Assembly (NCBI GenBank): GCA_965644295.1 | Contig: CBFFRP010000410.1 | Span: 186,001 to 250,000 of the forward strand | Direction of reading: 5' to 3' | Source: Paraphysomonas bandaiensis | Lineage: Eukaryota; Protista; Chrysophyceae | DNA: 64,000 bases | In this document: piece after piece, positions 11,727-24,688 of the stretch | How positions within the stretch are numbered: the stretch's first letter is position 1 | How the letters are laid out: every line of letters starts with the position of its first letter | Made by a program: the position numbers and the translations under genes | Notes under the pieces: generated by a model | The model's input: the letters and a program-made list of their open reading frames with translations, nothing else | What the model was told of the DNA's origin: nothing | Database searches by the model: none

Positions 11727-13750
11727 TCATTCATTCTCTTCTGGTTCCAACATTCGTTTAGTTGATTGTACCAATACAGCATCGTAAAATGCCTTGAATT
11801 CGTCAAAAGTAATTCTGCCGTTATCGGAAATGTCTATAGCCTGAAAGAGAGCCTCGACATCAATATCAGTCTTGTCAGTACCATGAAAAAGCGGGTTGTT
11901 TTCGTCAAGAAATATACACCCAACGGCCAGTCTAAGCTCCTCAAGATCAATGTATCCCGTCTCGCTTATATCTTTATATAAACAAAGTGAGAAACAATTG
12001 AAAAACATGACGACGTCAGTCTCACCAAATATGTTGAAGTACATCCGGACGTCTGCATCGCTCTCATCCACAATATCTTCCTCGTCATCATCAGGTCTAA
12101 AGGCGACCATAGTAACCAAGAACTCCTTAAGGTCAACCCTGCCAGTCTTGTCTAGGATACATTACAGTTACAATGAAGCGAAATAAGCAACGCTGGTTAC
12201 GTTTTAAACATAACTACATAGTAAAAGACGTTTTATGGCGTACACTAAGATAATAGACACAGTAATACATACAAAGAATAAGACTTATCATAGATAGACG
12301 TACTTATGTCGAATATCTTGAACACTTTCCGCGTAGCAAGTTCATCCAGTCCACATTCTTTGAGTACTGATACAAACGTTGAATACGTCATATCACCCGA
12401 TGACAAATCCACATCAAATTCGATATCACTAGTGTCAACAGCGTTGACAATATTAACATTGGACGAGCTTGTGGCCTCACACTGAACTTCCCCAGAGGCT
12501 GTGCTTTGTAGGGACTCACTACGACTTCTAGAATATGATTGCAATATGACTTCTTTCAATCGCTTTAGCTTGTTTTCAAAGACTTCAGCGCTATCTCCAG
12601 TTCTCTTAGAATTATCACTGGACAATAGCAGAGGAAGGGCAGTCTTCAATTTTTCCTTCCTCGTCTGGTTTCCTTTGGCGATCTCGTTGTCCATGAAAAA
12701 CTTCTTCATCTTCTGACGTAAAGCGAGATTCTTCACGCGGGCATAGTACTCCTCTCCAAGGTCTCTATCGCTGATAGTATTCACCAACCATGGGTGGGCA
12801 AGTACCTCCTCAGCCGACAGGCGACTGCTTACAGATTTTCGTAGCAGTCGAGCCACCAGGTCCTTTGCCTCGATGGATATTGCATCCCATCCTTCACCAA
12901 CCATACGGAAAGGCCTGCCGTGCACAATCTGCTCTGGTCGATGGGGGTTAAACGCCTGGAACCCACTCAATAAAGCGTAAAGTGTACATCCTGCTTGCCA
13001 CAAATCCGATTTTGCTGAGTACTCTGAGTGAGTAAGGGACTCAGGTGCCACGTATCCACGTGTCCCTTGCACTCCTTTCGAATGGTAGTACTCTGATCCT
13101 TCCGGAAGTTTGACAACCATTCCAAAATCAATTATCTTCACAGGTGAATCTTCAGCTTCGTTTACAAGCATAATGTTCTCCAGCTTCAAATCTCGATGCA
13201 GATATCCACGCTTATGCATATCATCCAATGCGTGAATAACATCCTTGAAGGCACGAGCAATGTATAGCTCAGACACAGTTTTCCTCTCGTATATTCGTGT
13301 AAACATCTCCCCTCCAGCCAAATGCTCCATAACAATAACCGGAAGAGATTTGCGAAACTTTTTATTTGGAATATAGCCCGATTCAGTATCGTAGAAAATG
13401 CCGAGCATCTGTACAATACCCTTGATGCCGTTCAGCCCAGCCATAATGCCGATTTCTCGATGAATATCATCTTCCACTAGTCGACGACCGTGGTATCCAA
13501 AAAATTTCATTGCAACCAAACTTCCATCATGCTTACATGTTGCACTATATACTACCCCCATCCCCCCCTCACCAAGCAATTCACCTAGCTCATAATCTTC
13601 ATAATTAAGCATCTTAACAGACGGTAACTCTGTATTGATCTTCTCATCATCATTACTATGATCATTTTCATTATGATTTATATCAGGGATGTCTTGTTTT
13701 AATGATCCAGCATCCTCTGAATCACATTCTTTAGATTCCATACATCCCAT
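11727..13750 (-). CDS. Ca2+-dependent protein kinase-like (Ser/Thr kinase + EF hands), N-terminal MGC acylation motif
   Basis: GEGGMG, HRDLKLEN, DFG, APE; intron 12303-12152 joins to FDINKTGRVDLKEF; further EF hands DISETGYIDLEE (after an in-frame 54-nt intron) and DISDNGRITFDE. Confidence 0.88.
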
Positions 13751-14421
13751 AGTGTGAATTAATTATAGTTCGATAGCTAGTTAATTATTCCAAATTATAG
13801 TGTTTAGTTAGCATGTAATGAATATTAGTGTAGTTTAATGGTGAAGTAGATGTAAGGAGATGTTAAGTAGTGATATGGTTGAAGGAGAAGGTATGTGATG
13901 GTTAATTATATATGTATGAGTTGGATCCTCTTGTGTGTGTATATAGTGAGCTGCCTTAACAATACACACACACATAGCTACGTAGTGTACATATAGAAGA
14001 CTATCATCAGAGATTATACGTATGTATGTACTATACGGCAATACTTCATACAACCACTTCATACAGTCATAATACACAGCAGTAGATTGTATACAATCTC
14101 AGTACAAGGAACACCTATAGAATCTAACGACTAATATTCAAAAAACACATATTCTAGAACTGAAATCGAAAATGTCGTTTCAAGATATCACCTCAACACC
14201 AAAGGAACAAAAAAATCGTCTTGCGATTGGTGATCAATTGAGCCAATCACAACGATAATATGACACAACACGCTCATCTCTATGGAGATGTATGTATATA
14301 TACATAGGCATGTACAGTACATATAGAACCAGTCAGCATGTATTGATAGGCAGTATTTAAACACACCTCATAAATCCATCCATATCATAGTAAGAAATCT
14401 AAAATACACTTGAATTCATTA

Positions 14422-14856
14422 ATGGAGAATTCTAATGTCACATGGGCATCTACTGGTCGTCCAGGATCAATGGTAGATCAATCACATCCCATTACAATGC
14501 GTTCAGATTACAGTGATTACAATCAACCATCATATGATCAAAGAGGAGGGAATGGATATACACCAGTTACATATCCAGTACCACAAGTACAATCACAAGG
14601 TCCTGTATACGTTAATGCAAGACAGTATGCTCGTATCTTAAAGAGACGCGAGGCTCGTATGGCTTTAGCAAAACGTAAAAAAGTTGTGGATAAGAAGAAT
14701 TATTTGCATGAATCAAGACATAAGCATGCTTGTCGTCGTCCTAGAGGACCAGGAGGACGATTTCTTACCAAAGAAGAGTTAAAAGCACTTGCTGCTCAGC
14801 AATCAGCTGAAGAATCGGGAAAAGATAATAATGGGAATCCAACGGAGACTGTGTGA
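14422..14856 (+). CDS. NFYA: Nuclear transcription factor Y subunit A (CBF-B/HAP2)
   Basis: PVYVNARQYARILKRREAR and YLHESRHKHACRRPRGPGGRFL signature motifs. Confidence 0.93.
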   Translation: MENSNVTWASTGRPGSMVDQSHPITMRSDYSDYNQPSYDQRGGNGYTPVTYPVPQVQSQGPVYVNARQYARILKRREARMALAKRKKVVDKKNYLHESRHKHACRRPRGPGGRFLTKEELKALAAQQSAEESGKDNNGNPTETV

Positions 14857-15671
14857 TGGCAAATGGCTTCATATTTCATTGGCTTATTTGGCTGCAGTGA
14901 AGTTATTTTTGTTTTACGAATGTTGTGTTGTAATATGTATAGCTAAACTAATTATAATTACGTAGTTATTTCATTGTGTTTTCAGTTTAGTCGTTGCTTC
15001 ATGCTTCATTGCTTAACACATACGGAAAATTGAGGTTTCCAGGCCTACACTATATAATCTCTTCCACTAATGCCTTTTCAAAGGGGGATGATTTCATGTC
15101 ATCTCACTATAATGTATCAAGTATATTATTAGACCTAGCTATAATGGTTAAGTTATGATTCAATCGCATTCAATGTTGTATGATTCAATAAAATCTGTGT
15201 TAAGCTTAGAAATACGAAACAGAGATTATGGCAGTAGAGCTCAGAGAAACTCAAAGCAATAGAGCATAGCTTAGCAATGCTTTATATCTAATAGGGTCAG
15301 AAATAGTGAAAGATATGTCGACATGGACTGGAGTCCACCTTCTAGATAAGGCATGAGATTTTTTATTTCACGACACTGACTTTTTATTGAACAGACAACT
15401 TTCATTTCTAATGGAAACAATATACAGAGTCGGAAGTCCTGCAGTAATGACTGAGTTGAGTAATTGGTGCAACATCATTGTCTTTATTGAGATTTGAAAA
15501 CCACAAGTGATGGGATTGTTCCAGATTGCACATCGATATGAGGAATTAGTATGCCTTGGACGGAGGTGGTGTACATGTTCTATTTTGAACCAGACTTTTT
15601 GGTTAAACAGGTGATTTATATATACATGGTGAAGTGCGTGAATAAGGAGTAAGTAATACTACTCTATCTAG

Positions 15672-15753
15672 CAGGGCTGCGAATCAATTAATTGTCAATT
15701 ATTGAAATTGGGACATCAAATCATAATTGCAATTTTAATTGACTCCAGCTCTG
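15672..15753. mobile_element. 82-bp hAT-type MITE
   Basis: Ends CAGGGCTG...CAGCTCTG with inverted CAATTA/TAATTG subtermini; perfect 8-bp TSD CTATCTAG (15664-15671, 15754-15761). Confidence 0.8.
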
Positions 15754-16801
15754 CTATCTAGGTATAAAGATAATTGGAAAGTGATTAGGAAATTGATAAA
15801 CAGCGACGTACATGATGTCACAATTTATAGAATTAAATTTAAGAGGCATACTCAGGATTAAAAGCAACACTTGAGACACTTGAAATGCTAGTGTGTTATT
15901 ATATTATATAAATGTTATATTAGTTGTAGCAGTGGTTGCTATATATAATATGGCGACTTCAAAGAAACGAAATAAGTGACAGCAATTATGGGTGATAGTA
16001 ACAGCGCTTACAGACTAAGTGACAGCAATATTTATACCCCTCTTTCTTAAATAACACTAAATATATTTTAAATATTGTTTAAATTATATGAAATAGCATG
16101 ATGTATTTGACTGGTTTTGGCATTACTCCATAGTTGAGTTTAATTGAATAATAATCAATATAACATCTTTGATTGTAGTCCTGGGGCTCTGATGACCTAG
16201 GAGACAATGCTTGACGGACTTAGGAGACCCACTCTGTTCAGGGTTTGGGTCACGTTGTGTTGGTCAGATGTCATATCATCATATCATACACACCAGGTAT
16301 ATCATATCATTATGGTACTCATTAATGGCCTCTTATTGAGTACCCAATTAATTTCTGGGCCAGTACCCCTCAATTATAATGGTCATTAAAAGTGTATGCC
16401 CCGGCAAGTATAATGGTATTACGGTTAATGTTTTCCAGGCCTTGATATACACTGCATTAGCAGGTAGCAGGGTCAAGATAAATATATGCTTAGTCTGTAT
16501 CCTATTGAATTTTGTATTTAAAGTGGGATTTTACTTTTAAAAGAGCTATGAAACGCTATGAATCAAGATAATACATTTAAGTTAAGATGTCAGACTCATA
16601 GTTAAGAACTGAGACAAAAGTACATAAGATACAATACAAACTAACTATTTGCAACGGTATTATAAATACAAAAACACCAAGACCACACCAAATTTGATTG
16701 GCGTTTCCAAAACAGTTAATAAGAAAAAAATAGTCAATACAACAAACAAACAAACAACAAATAAACAAATATATGAACTCCTCAGGAAAGGCAATTCCAC
16801 T

Positions 16802-19800
16802 CTAAACTTTACGGTCAACTTCCAATACACGTATTACTCTGTTGAGCTCTTCGATAGTAAAAGGTTTGTGTATTACAGCATTCGCACCATGTTCAAGAAA
16901 TAATATCGTGTCAGCTTCCAAAACATTTCCAGTTAGTCCCACAATAGGGAGCAAACACCCCTGTGCACGTAGTATCTTTGATGCTACAGGTCCATTCATA
17001 ACTGGCATCTAAAGTTGTAATGTGTTAGTACATAAGAACAGAAGGTTTTCGCTGGCATTCAGCAATATGTAAGAACAAAATGCACGTAGTTCATACCATT
17101 AACTCAACATACGACAGTTAGTTTTGTTACCTCATAATCAAGAATAATCATGTCTATTTGACTATCCATGTTAGCATGTTGTATCACTTTTTCAATGCAG
17201 TCCTTTCCATCAACTGCCTGAAAACATATGTACCCTGCGCTTCGAAGTAGGCGACAAACCATTTTACGACACATTGGCGAATCATCTACCACAAGTACTG
17301 TTTTAATATTAGCTGCATCTGAACACAAAGGTAATGCGTTGGAATTTGACGCCTCTTGGTGTCGCGAAGTCAAAGCTGCTCCTGGTGAAGCATCCCTACT
17401 TACACTGCGGCACTTGTAAGTAGAAGGAGTGGTGGAATTCGACTGAGAAACATATACTGGCAATTCAACAATAAATGATGAACCGAAACCAGATCCCTCT
17501 GATTCACACGATATGGTGCCATTATGGTGTTCAACTATGTTTTTCGCAATCCATAGCCCCAACCCAGACCCCTGTACGGCCTAAAACATTGTAAACATGG
17601 TAGCATGTAATACACATGAAGACCTGTAGTGCGTTTGCAGCATACTGCCAGCCCTCGTTAAATACACTACGTATACACTCCCGAGACAAGCCTATGCCAT
17701 TATCTCGAACTGTGAGAACCACACTACCACTCTCCACATATGTGTCTTTACACTTGGAGTCGATGCTGTAACGGTGAATGCTGTTTTGATTCCACTTCAC
17801 TGATACGAAATGTTACAAGATATAATCGCAATAATTATACCACATTCTACTAAAATCCAGGCCAAATAGCATAATACTTACCAGATATAATCACGTTTCC
17901 TCCGCGTTGAGTAAACTTAAGTGCGTTCGAAATGAGATTTCGCAGCACTTGACTTAACTTCCTGCTGTCACCAAGTACACATAAGTTAGTCATGTCTTCG
18001 TTCGGTATCACATCAAGGGAAGTACAACCCCCATTTGAAAAAGGGTGAACGGAACTATGAGAGGAAGTTAGAACAGCAGTTACTGCTGCAGTTAATTCTG
18101 AGAATGGTCCTTGGTTTACAGGCACTCTCTCTAATGAGGCATCAGTACTGTCAGTTTCGCAGTCAAATACTAAATCGACACCAGCCTCTCTTGCCTGAAC
18201 ATCAAAAAGTCTAGCGGTATCTAGAAAGAGCTGCACTATCGCAATCATTTCTTTTTGTATTTTCATGTGACCGAACTTGATGTGGTCGTATTGCAGTAGG
18301 TCGTTCAATATCAATATTGCTGCATCAGTGCTGCTGTCGACACATTCCAACATGTCGATTACGTCTTTCATTTTACCTCCAAGAGAGTCAGCAGTATCAA
18401 CTGGAGTAGTAGTGCCTTGTCTTTTGGATGCTGCGTCGGTTTCTGGGTTTAATACTTGCAGCTCACGCGATACCAGTTTGATGCCCAGGCTGACAGTGGT
18501 AAGAGGTGTGCGTATCTCTGCAATAAACACAAAGTGACAAGCCTTAAGATAATAAAACACACTACTCCTGTATAGTTCCCCATACATATTTATCATGTTG
18601 TACAATAACATTGTAATGAAACTATACTCTTACCATGGCTGATATACCGAACAAAATTTCGCTTCGCGGAGTCTATTTCTTTAGTACGCTTAAACACCAC
18701 TGTATCGTACCCCACAAATTGAATTGCGCACGCTATTATCATTGCTACTGTAATCACACATGTGTAAATCGGGTTGTTCGTGTGAAAAGTATTCGAATAG
18801 ATATCATCTCTGTATACTTTTATCGTGTAGGTGAAATTACTGCTACCAAGAGACACGGGGAATTCCACCATATCTTCCTCATACTTGTCCTCGATTCGAC
18901 ATCCCTTACCCTTGTAGACTGCATTTCCGTTGACAAAGGTATAGCAATAACTCCCTTCTCCATCAGACAACACGACATTTAGACCATTCGTAGATGACAA
19001 TACGGATTTAGTAAACATGACACCCCAATTGAAGACGGCAGACATAGACCCAACATGTAAATACTGCTGACCTTTAATAGTGACAATAATGGAAGATGAG
19101 GCCACATCAGGAGCAATAACACTAGTGTTATCGACGGGGAGCATAAGGGGGTATAAAAGAACGGCAGCGGGTCGAAAATTTGCATCCTCGATGAGTTGTA
19201 CGACTCGCGATATACCCATACACTTCTCTCCTATACTAGTAATAGACTCAGAACCATTACTGTCATATTTTCGGACGCAATCGTATATACGATCAATAGT
19301 CCATACGCGTTCCTTTTCTGAGTAGATGTTGAACATTAACGCATCTTTATTTATAGATGGGTTAGCTATCTGAACAATCGGTAGAATTAACTCATTTTTT
19401 CCGAAAGGATAATAATTAGTGACAGTGTAGACACTAGAAGTCGTGTGATTGACAGCGAATATACCATTTTCCCTCACGCTCATTGCAGCATCCGTATATC
19501 CGGACGACGTATAAAACTCCTCAGCAAAAGCAACAAATGATTCCATTTGACTAGGAAGAACTTTAGGCTCATGATTACATGTACGTATATCAGCCATTGC
19601 AACTAAAGAATACGCAAATATATTATATTCATCAATATCAACCGTACAATTAGGCCAATTAGATGGATAAGGACAACGTGTAAGTAATAAGGACCTGAGA
19701 CTATGTAATGCTGATACTTTCGTCACCATACTCTCCATACTGTATCTCTCCATATGATCTGTGAGAGATATGAATGATAGCTTCTCAACCCTCATCTCTT

Positions 19801-19921
19801 CATCATTCAGTATGGTGTATGAGAAGTATCCTCCTATAATACCAGTAGCAAATAGACAGAAGAGTAATGGGAGCCTCCATAGGCTTAATCCATCACATGA
19901 TTGGAATGAATCTTTGTTCAT
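16802..19921 (-). CDS. Hybrid histidine kinase (TM - CHASE-like sensor - TM - HisKA - HATPase - REC), multi-exon
   Basis: YISH/EIRTPL H-box across an intron, QVLRNLISNALKFT, DNGIG, GSGLGLWIAK, VVDDS..DYEMPVMNG..KPF receiver; two hydrophobic helices flank a ~350-aa loop. Confidence 0.9.
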
Positions 19922-20243
19922 GTGATGTGATGAAGAGGATGGATTGATACTCGGCTTGAATGGGAGTGCTATTGCCTCATAGTGATGATGTATCGATAGA
20001 TCTCAATGTATGTATGTATGTATGTACTGATGTATGGTGTAGCTCATCATAACATGTGTATGTATATGATACACTGAGTAGCTATGTGAGAGGTAACGAA
20101 GTCTAGAATTATCCGTCATGTCCAATCACATCCTCAAGAAGTATATCGTACTTCAACAATGACGGACATCGTACTGCAGTTCTAGGTATACAGTGGTGGG
20201 AAGCTGTATGATGTACAGCAATATCTACAGTGTACTGCAGTGT

Positions 20244-20556
20244 GTATGTATGTATGTATGTATGTATGTATGTATGTATGTATGTATGTATGTATGTATG
20301 TATGTATGTATGTATGTATGTATGTATGTATGTATGTATGTATGTATGTATGTATGTATGTATGTATGTATGTATGTATGTATGTATGTATGTATGTATG
20401 TATGTATGTATGTATGTATGTATGTATGTATGTATGTATGTATGTATGTATGTATGTATGTATGTATGTATGTATGTATGTATGTATGTATGTATGTATG
20501 TATGTATGTATGTATGTATGTATGTATGTATGTATGTATGTATGTATGTATGTATG

Positions 20557-20587
<31 letters not shown>

Positions 20588-20677
20588 GTATGTATGTATG
20601 TATGTATGTATGTATGTATGTATGTATGTATGTATGTATGTATGTATGTATGTATGTATGTATGTATATGTATGTAT
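20244..20677. repeat. (TATG)n microsatellite between divergent His kinase and Faf1-like genes
   Basis: Directly visible array. Confidence 0.97.
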
Positions 20678-20789
20678 GGTGTAATGGTAGGGTACACCGC
20701 ATAGTTGTGTATGGAGTGGTTATGGTGGTGCACACAGGTATGTATATTCCAGGAACTAAAGTACATTTCAGACACTATCCGTATATACA

Positions 20790-21287
20790 ATGCCAGATAC
20801 CATTTCAAAGCCAAAGAAACCCGTTCAAACATTTTATTGTCCAGATGTATCACTTCCTTCAGATATTATCGAGAAACGGTCCAGGAAACGACAGAGGCTG
20901 GAAGATCCCTCATATAACGCTAAAGAGTCAGAGAGAGCTACATTTAACAAATTATTTGAATCAGTTAAAGATTTAGGCTCTGTTGGTTTAGTTGGTAAGA
21001 AGCGTAAGATGTATAAAGAGGATAAGCTTACGAAGCTCGGTGCTCCACCTGCAAAAGAGCCAACAATGCCATTCAAGATGAAAATGGGGATATTAGCTGG
21101 ACGTAAAAAACGAGAAAATAGACAAGCACAAGAAATTAAGATATCTGGCGAAGTTGTTGCGAAATCTGTTGGTAAATCTAGCAAGCCTCAACGGACAAAG
21201 CAAGACAAAGGCTTTGATGTGCAAACAAAAGGAGGAGTATTAAAGCTAAAAAAGGATAAGTTGCCTAGTAGACTTTGGAAAAAGTAG
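20790..21287 (+). CDS. Basic, probably nucleolar protein, Faf1/DUF4602 (C1orf131)-like SSU processome factor
   Basis: Lys/Arg-rich 165 aa; KLTKLGAPPAKEPTMPFKMKMGI..RKKRE and C-terminal GGVLKL resemble this family (recalled similarity, not searched). Confidence 0.6.
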   Translation: MPDTISKPKKPVQTFYCPDVSLPSDIIEKRSRKRQRLEDPSYNAKESERATFNKLFESVKDLGSVGLVGKKRKMYKEDKLTKLGAPPAKEPTMPFKMKMGILAGRKKRENRQAQEIKISGEVVAKSVGKSSKPQRTKQDKGFDVQTKGGVLKLKKDKLPSRLWKK

Positions 21288-21913
21288 ATTTATGTTGTTT
21301 AATGCTTTAATTAATATACGTAGTTTAGTAAAATCTCTCTTGGTAATGTGTATTGTACTGCTCGGATATGTAGAAATATTTCTCTCTGATGACTCTTCCT
21401 CAACATCACTCTTGATACCTGTTACTTAGTACATAGTAACACTTACTTCTATTCACACTTAGTAACACATTACATTAGTATCTACATTATTATACATTAA
21501 CATATTACATCTCCTCGGTTAATATTTTCATACTCTGATGGCCCAGCACCATATGAGAAGAGATATAAGGTGTATAATCAGGGTAAAATGCAACGACTCC
21601 TACGAAGCACTACAGCCAGAAAGTTTCAGTATTTTATCATCATCTTAACATATGGCTTTCGTTGCAATCCAGATTAAGTGTAGTCTAGTCCTAGCTGTGT
21701 GAAGTTTTTACACATCATTAAAAAATATTCGATATTTCTAATATCGCGTCGTCTGAGATTTAAGACTAAAAATAGATTACGATAGGCTGTGTTAAATATC
21801 TGCATCTAAAGTATCTTTGCTTAATTAGCAATACATGTGCTCATGCAAAACAACTGACAACCAATGAAATATGTTGAGCGCACGTAATTTACTAATAAAT
21901 TGTACAATAGTGC

Positions 21914-23943
21914 CTACGATCTGTACATAGACTCGATTAAGCTTCTGTACTTCTCACATACGACGTTTCTCTTCACCTTCAATGTTGGTGTCAGCTCTCC
22001 GCCCAACTCACTAAACTCATTAGGAAGAAATTTCCATTTCTGGACGACTTGGGCTCTGGATGTGGCCTTGCTATTGGCTACTTTTAGCCCATTATTGATG
22101 TAATCTATCCACAAGGGATCTCTAGATGCTTCTGTCATGGTTCTTGCAGAACTGCCAATTTGAGATCCAACAAAAAGAGCCGGTGCGGCTAGACGATCTG
22201 TTGGCAAACCAGTATCTACTTCAACTTCGGTCTTCAAAGATAACAAGGCTGTCAGATATTTCTGACGATCCCCTACGACGAAGCAATTGGAAAGAGCGGG
22301 CATCTCTTGCATCATTTGTTCCTCTATAATAGCTGGTGGAATATTCTCTCCACCTGCAGTTATGATGAGATCTTTGATACGACCAGTAATCTTTACAAAT
22401 CCCGATGGACCGGGGATATCTGGATCGTTGTTTTCGTCCATTTCCGCTACATCACCACTCCGCATGAACCCTTCCTCATCGAAAACAGAGGCAGTCTGTT
22501 CAGGCATATGTACATAGCCCATAAATATATGACGACCTGTATAACATAGCTCTCCAGTAGCGGCATCTAATTTAGTGCGAGTTCCTGGAAGTGGTCTCCC
22601 ACAATACCCAACTCGCCAAGCAGAGCTCTTGGAGGAAGTGTGAGGGCCAGTGCACTCGGTTTGCCCGAATAGCTCAAACACTGGAATATCTAGGGACGCA
22701 AAGTACCACAATGTTTCCGCAGATATTGGGGCAGCGGCAGTATAGAAACCTCGGCATTGATCTAAGCCTAAAGCCTCCTTCACCTTGGAAAGAACAACTG
22801 CACGTGCTAGTTCATATCCAAGCGGAGCCCCACCGGAATTGCCGAACTCAGACATTTGGCTTTTCCACTTCCCTCGACTCTTTGCCCAAGAGGAAACATA
22901 TTGCTTAAGCGATGAGTTCTGTCGCCCAATTTCTACCAATTTCTCTTGGATTTTCTCCCACACCCTCGGAACTCCAAAAAATACAGTGGGGCGAACCTCC
23001 GTCAGGGATTCGGTTAAAGATCCTTTCAAAGCATCTGGTTGCGCAAAGTACGTAGCAGACCCAGTGTACAACCCATAGTGAATATCAATCATTTGTGCGG
23101 CAATATGTGATAGAGGAAGATAAGATACAACTCGGCCAGGTGTTCGACCGCCCTCGACGACGTTGTTCGTGAACACGCGGCAGGTCCATGCCACATTATC
23201 ATGTGAGAGCATGACACCCTTTGGAGGGCCTGTAGTTCCTGAGGTGTATATCAGCGTTGCACAGTGTCCCGGCTGCACAAGGTCCATTCGGTCATCAACA
23301 ACTTTATCAGGTATTTTGCAACCAAGTGCCATGAATGACTCCCACGAGTATACCGGGCACGAACATTTGGTAACAATCATTTCATCAGGAGCCTCTCCCC
23401 AAACGACAATTGCTTTGAGGTTAGGTAAACGAGAACTAATCGATTCATATTTCTTGAGTTGGGAATTTCCATCTACAACAACTATCTCTGCACGGCTGTG
23501 TTCTGTGACGTAGAAACATGCCTCAGGAAGATTAGTCGAATATAGTCCTGCTGGTATAGCCGCAGCCATCATGGCACCATTATAAGCTATCAACCACTCT
23601 GGCTACATACTACATATAAGCGCAAACTCTACAATATAATATATGCACATACCGAATTAAATCCGATAATGTTCAAAACGCCGTGCTGTTTAACATCCAA
23701 ATGAATCAGTGATTTCGCAAAGGCAACACAATCACTCCAATATTGTTTAAATGTCCATATTTTCCATGATTGAGGAGTCACACCATCCCTTGGCCTTTTC
23801 AATGCAAGTGCTGTGCTTGTGGGGAATCTCCCTGCTGTGCTTCGAAACAATGTGAGTGTAGTGACTGGATAGAGAGAGGCAGCTCCTTTTTGACCTACTG
23901 TAATATCTACACATGCTGTTGGATCAGATGTATATCTCACCAT
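21914..23943 (-). CDS. Long-chain fatty acid-CoA ligase, ACSBG (bubblegum) type; 2 exons
   Basis: IYTSGTTGPPKGVMLSHDN AMP-binding motif, SYLPLSHIAAQ, FFGVPRVWEK, ITGRIKDLIITAGGENIPP, GELTPTLKVKR. Confidence 0.93.
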
Positions 23944-24435
23944 AGTGATATGGATATACTCGTATGTGTCTTATATTGTGATGGAATGCTATAACTTCAA
24001 TAGAATGCAATAGTTTGATCTTCAGTTAGAATTGAAGACTAGTAGAATAGAATGCATGGCTGCATTTAGAATATTGGATGCACTGATGTGGTGCATGCCT
24101 TTCTCTACCTATGAGTGCATCTTGTTCATACAGACATGACATGATGACGTCAATTTACTGCCCAGCACACATCATCATCCATGTACTTATTGTACATATA
24201 TGTAGCAAAAGAGTGCACAAATATCGAGTTTACAACTGAAAACTGGCATTTTCATGATATGTGAAAAGAGTGAACATATAAAAACTCATATTTTTATAAT
24301 ATATTTCCCCATTTCGACAAAAAACTCATATTTTATGAGGGGACATCGCCTTTTCTAGTAAATACTCCTGTATCTGCCTCACAGATAGCTATATCTTACT
24401 TCATGGTTCATCATATGCATGGAATATACAGATAG

Positions 24436-24600
24436 CTTCTCACTTCCTCCACCTTATATCTTCTCACTTCATCTTATGATGTATGTACATACATATATAG
24501 GAGCGTACAGCTTCTCACTTCATCTTATGATGTATGTACATACATGTATATGTATAGGAGCGTACAGCTTCTCACTTCATCTTATGATATCATACATATG
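24436..24600. repeat. Imperfect ~50-57-bp tandem repeat upstream of SPO11
   Basis: CTTCTCACTTCATCTTATGAT..TACATACAT..GGAGCGTACAG about three times. Confidence 0.8.
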
Positions 24601-24688
24601 TACATACATACAAGCCTATACACACAACTCCATAACTAAACCTCATATACTTACCACTTAAACGTAGTTACTATAAACAACACACATC

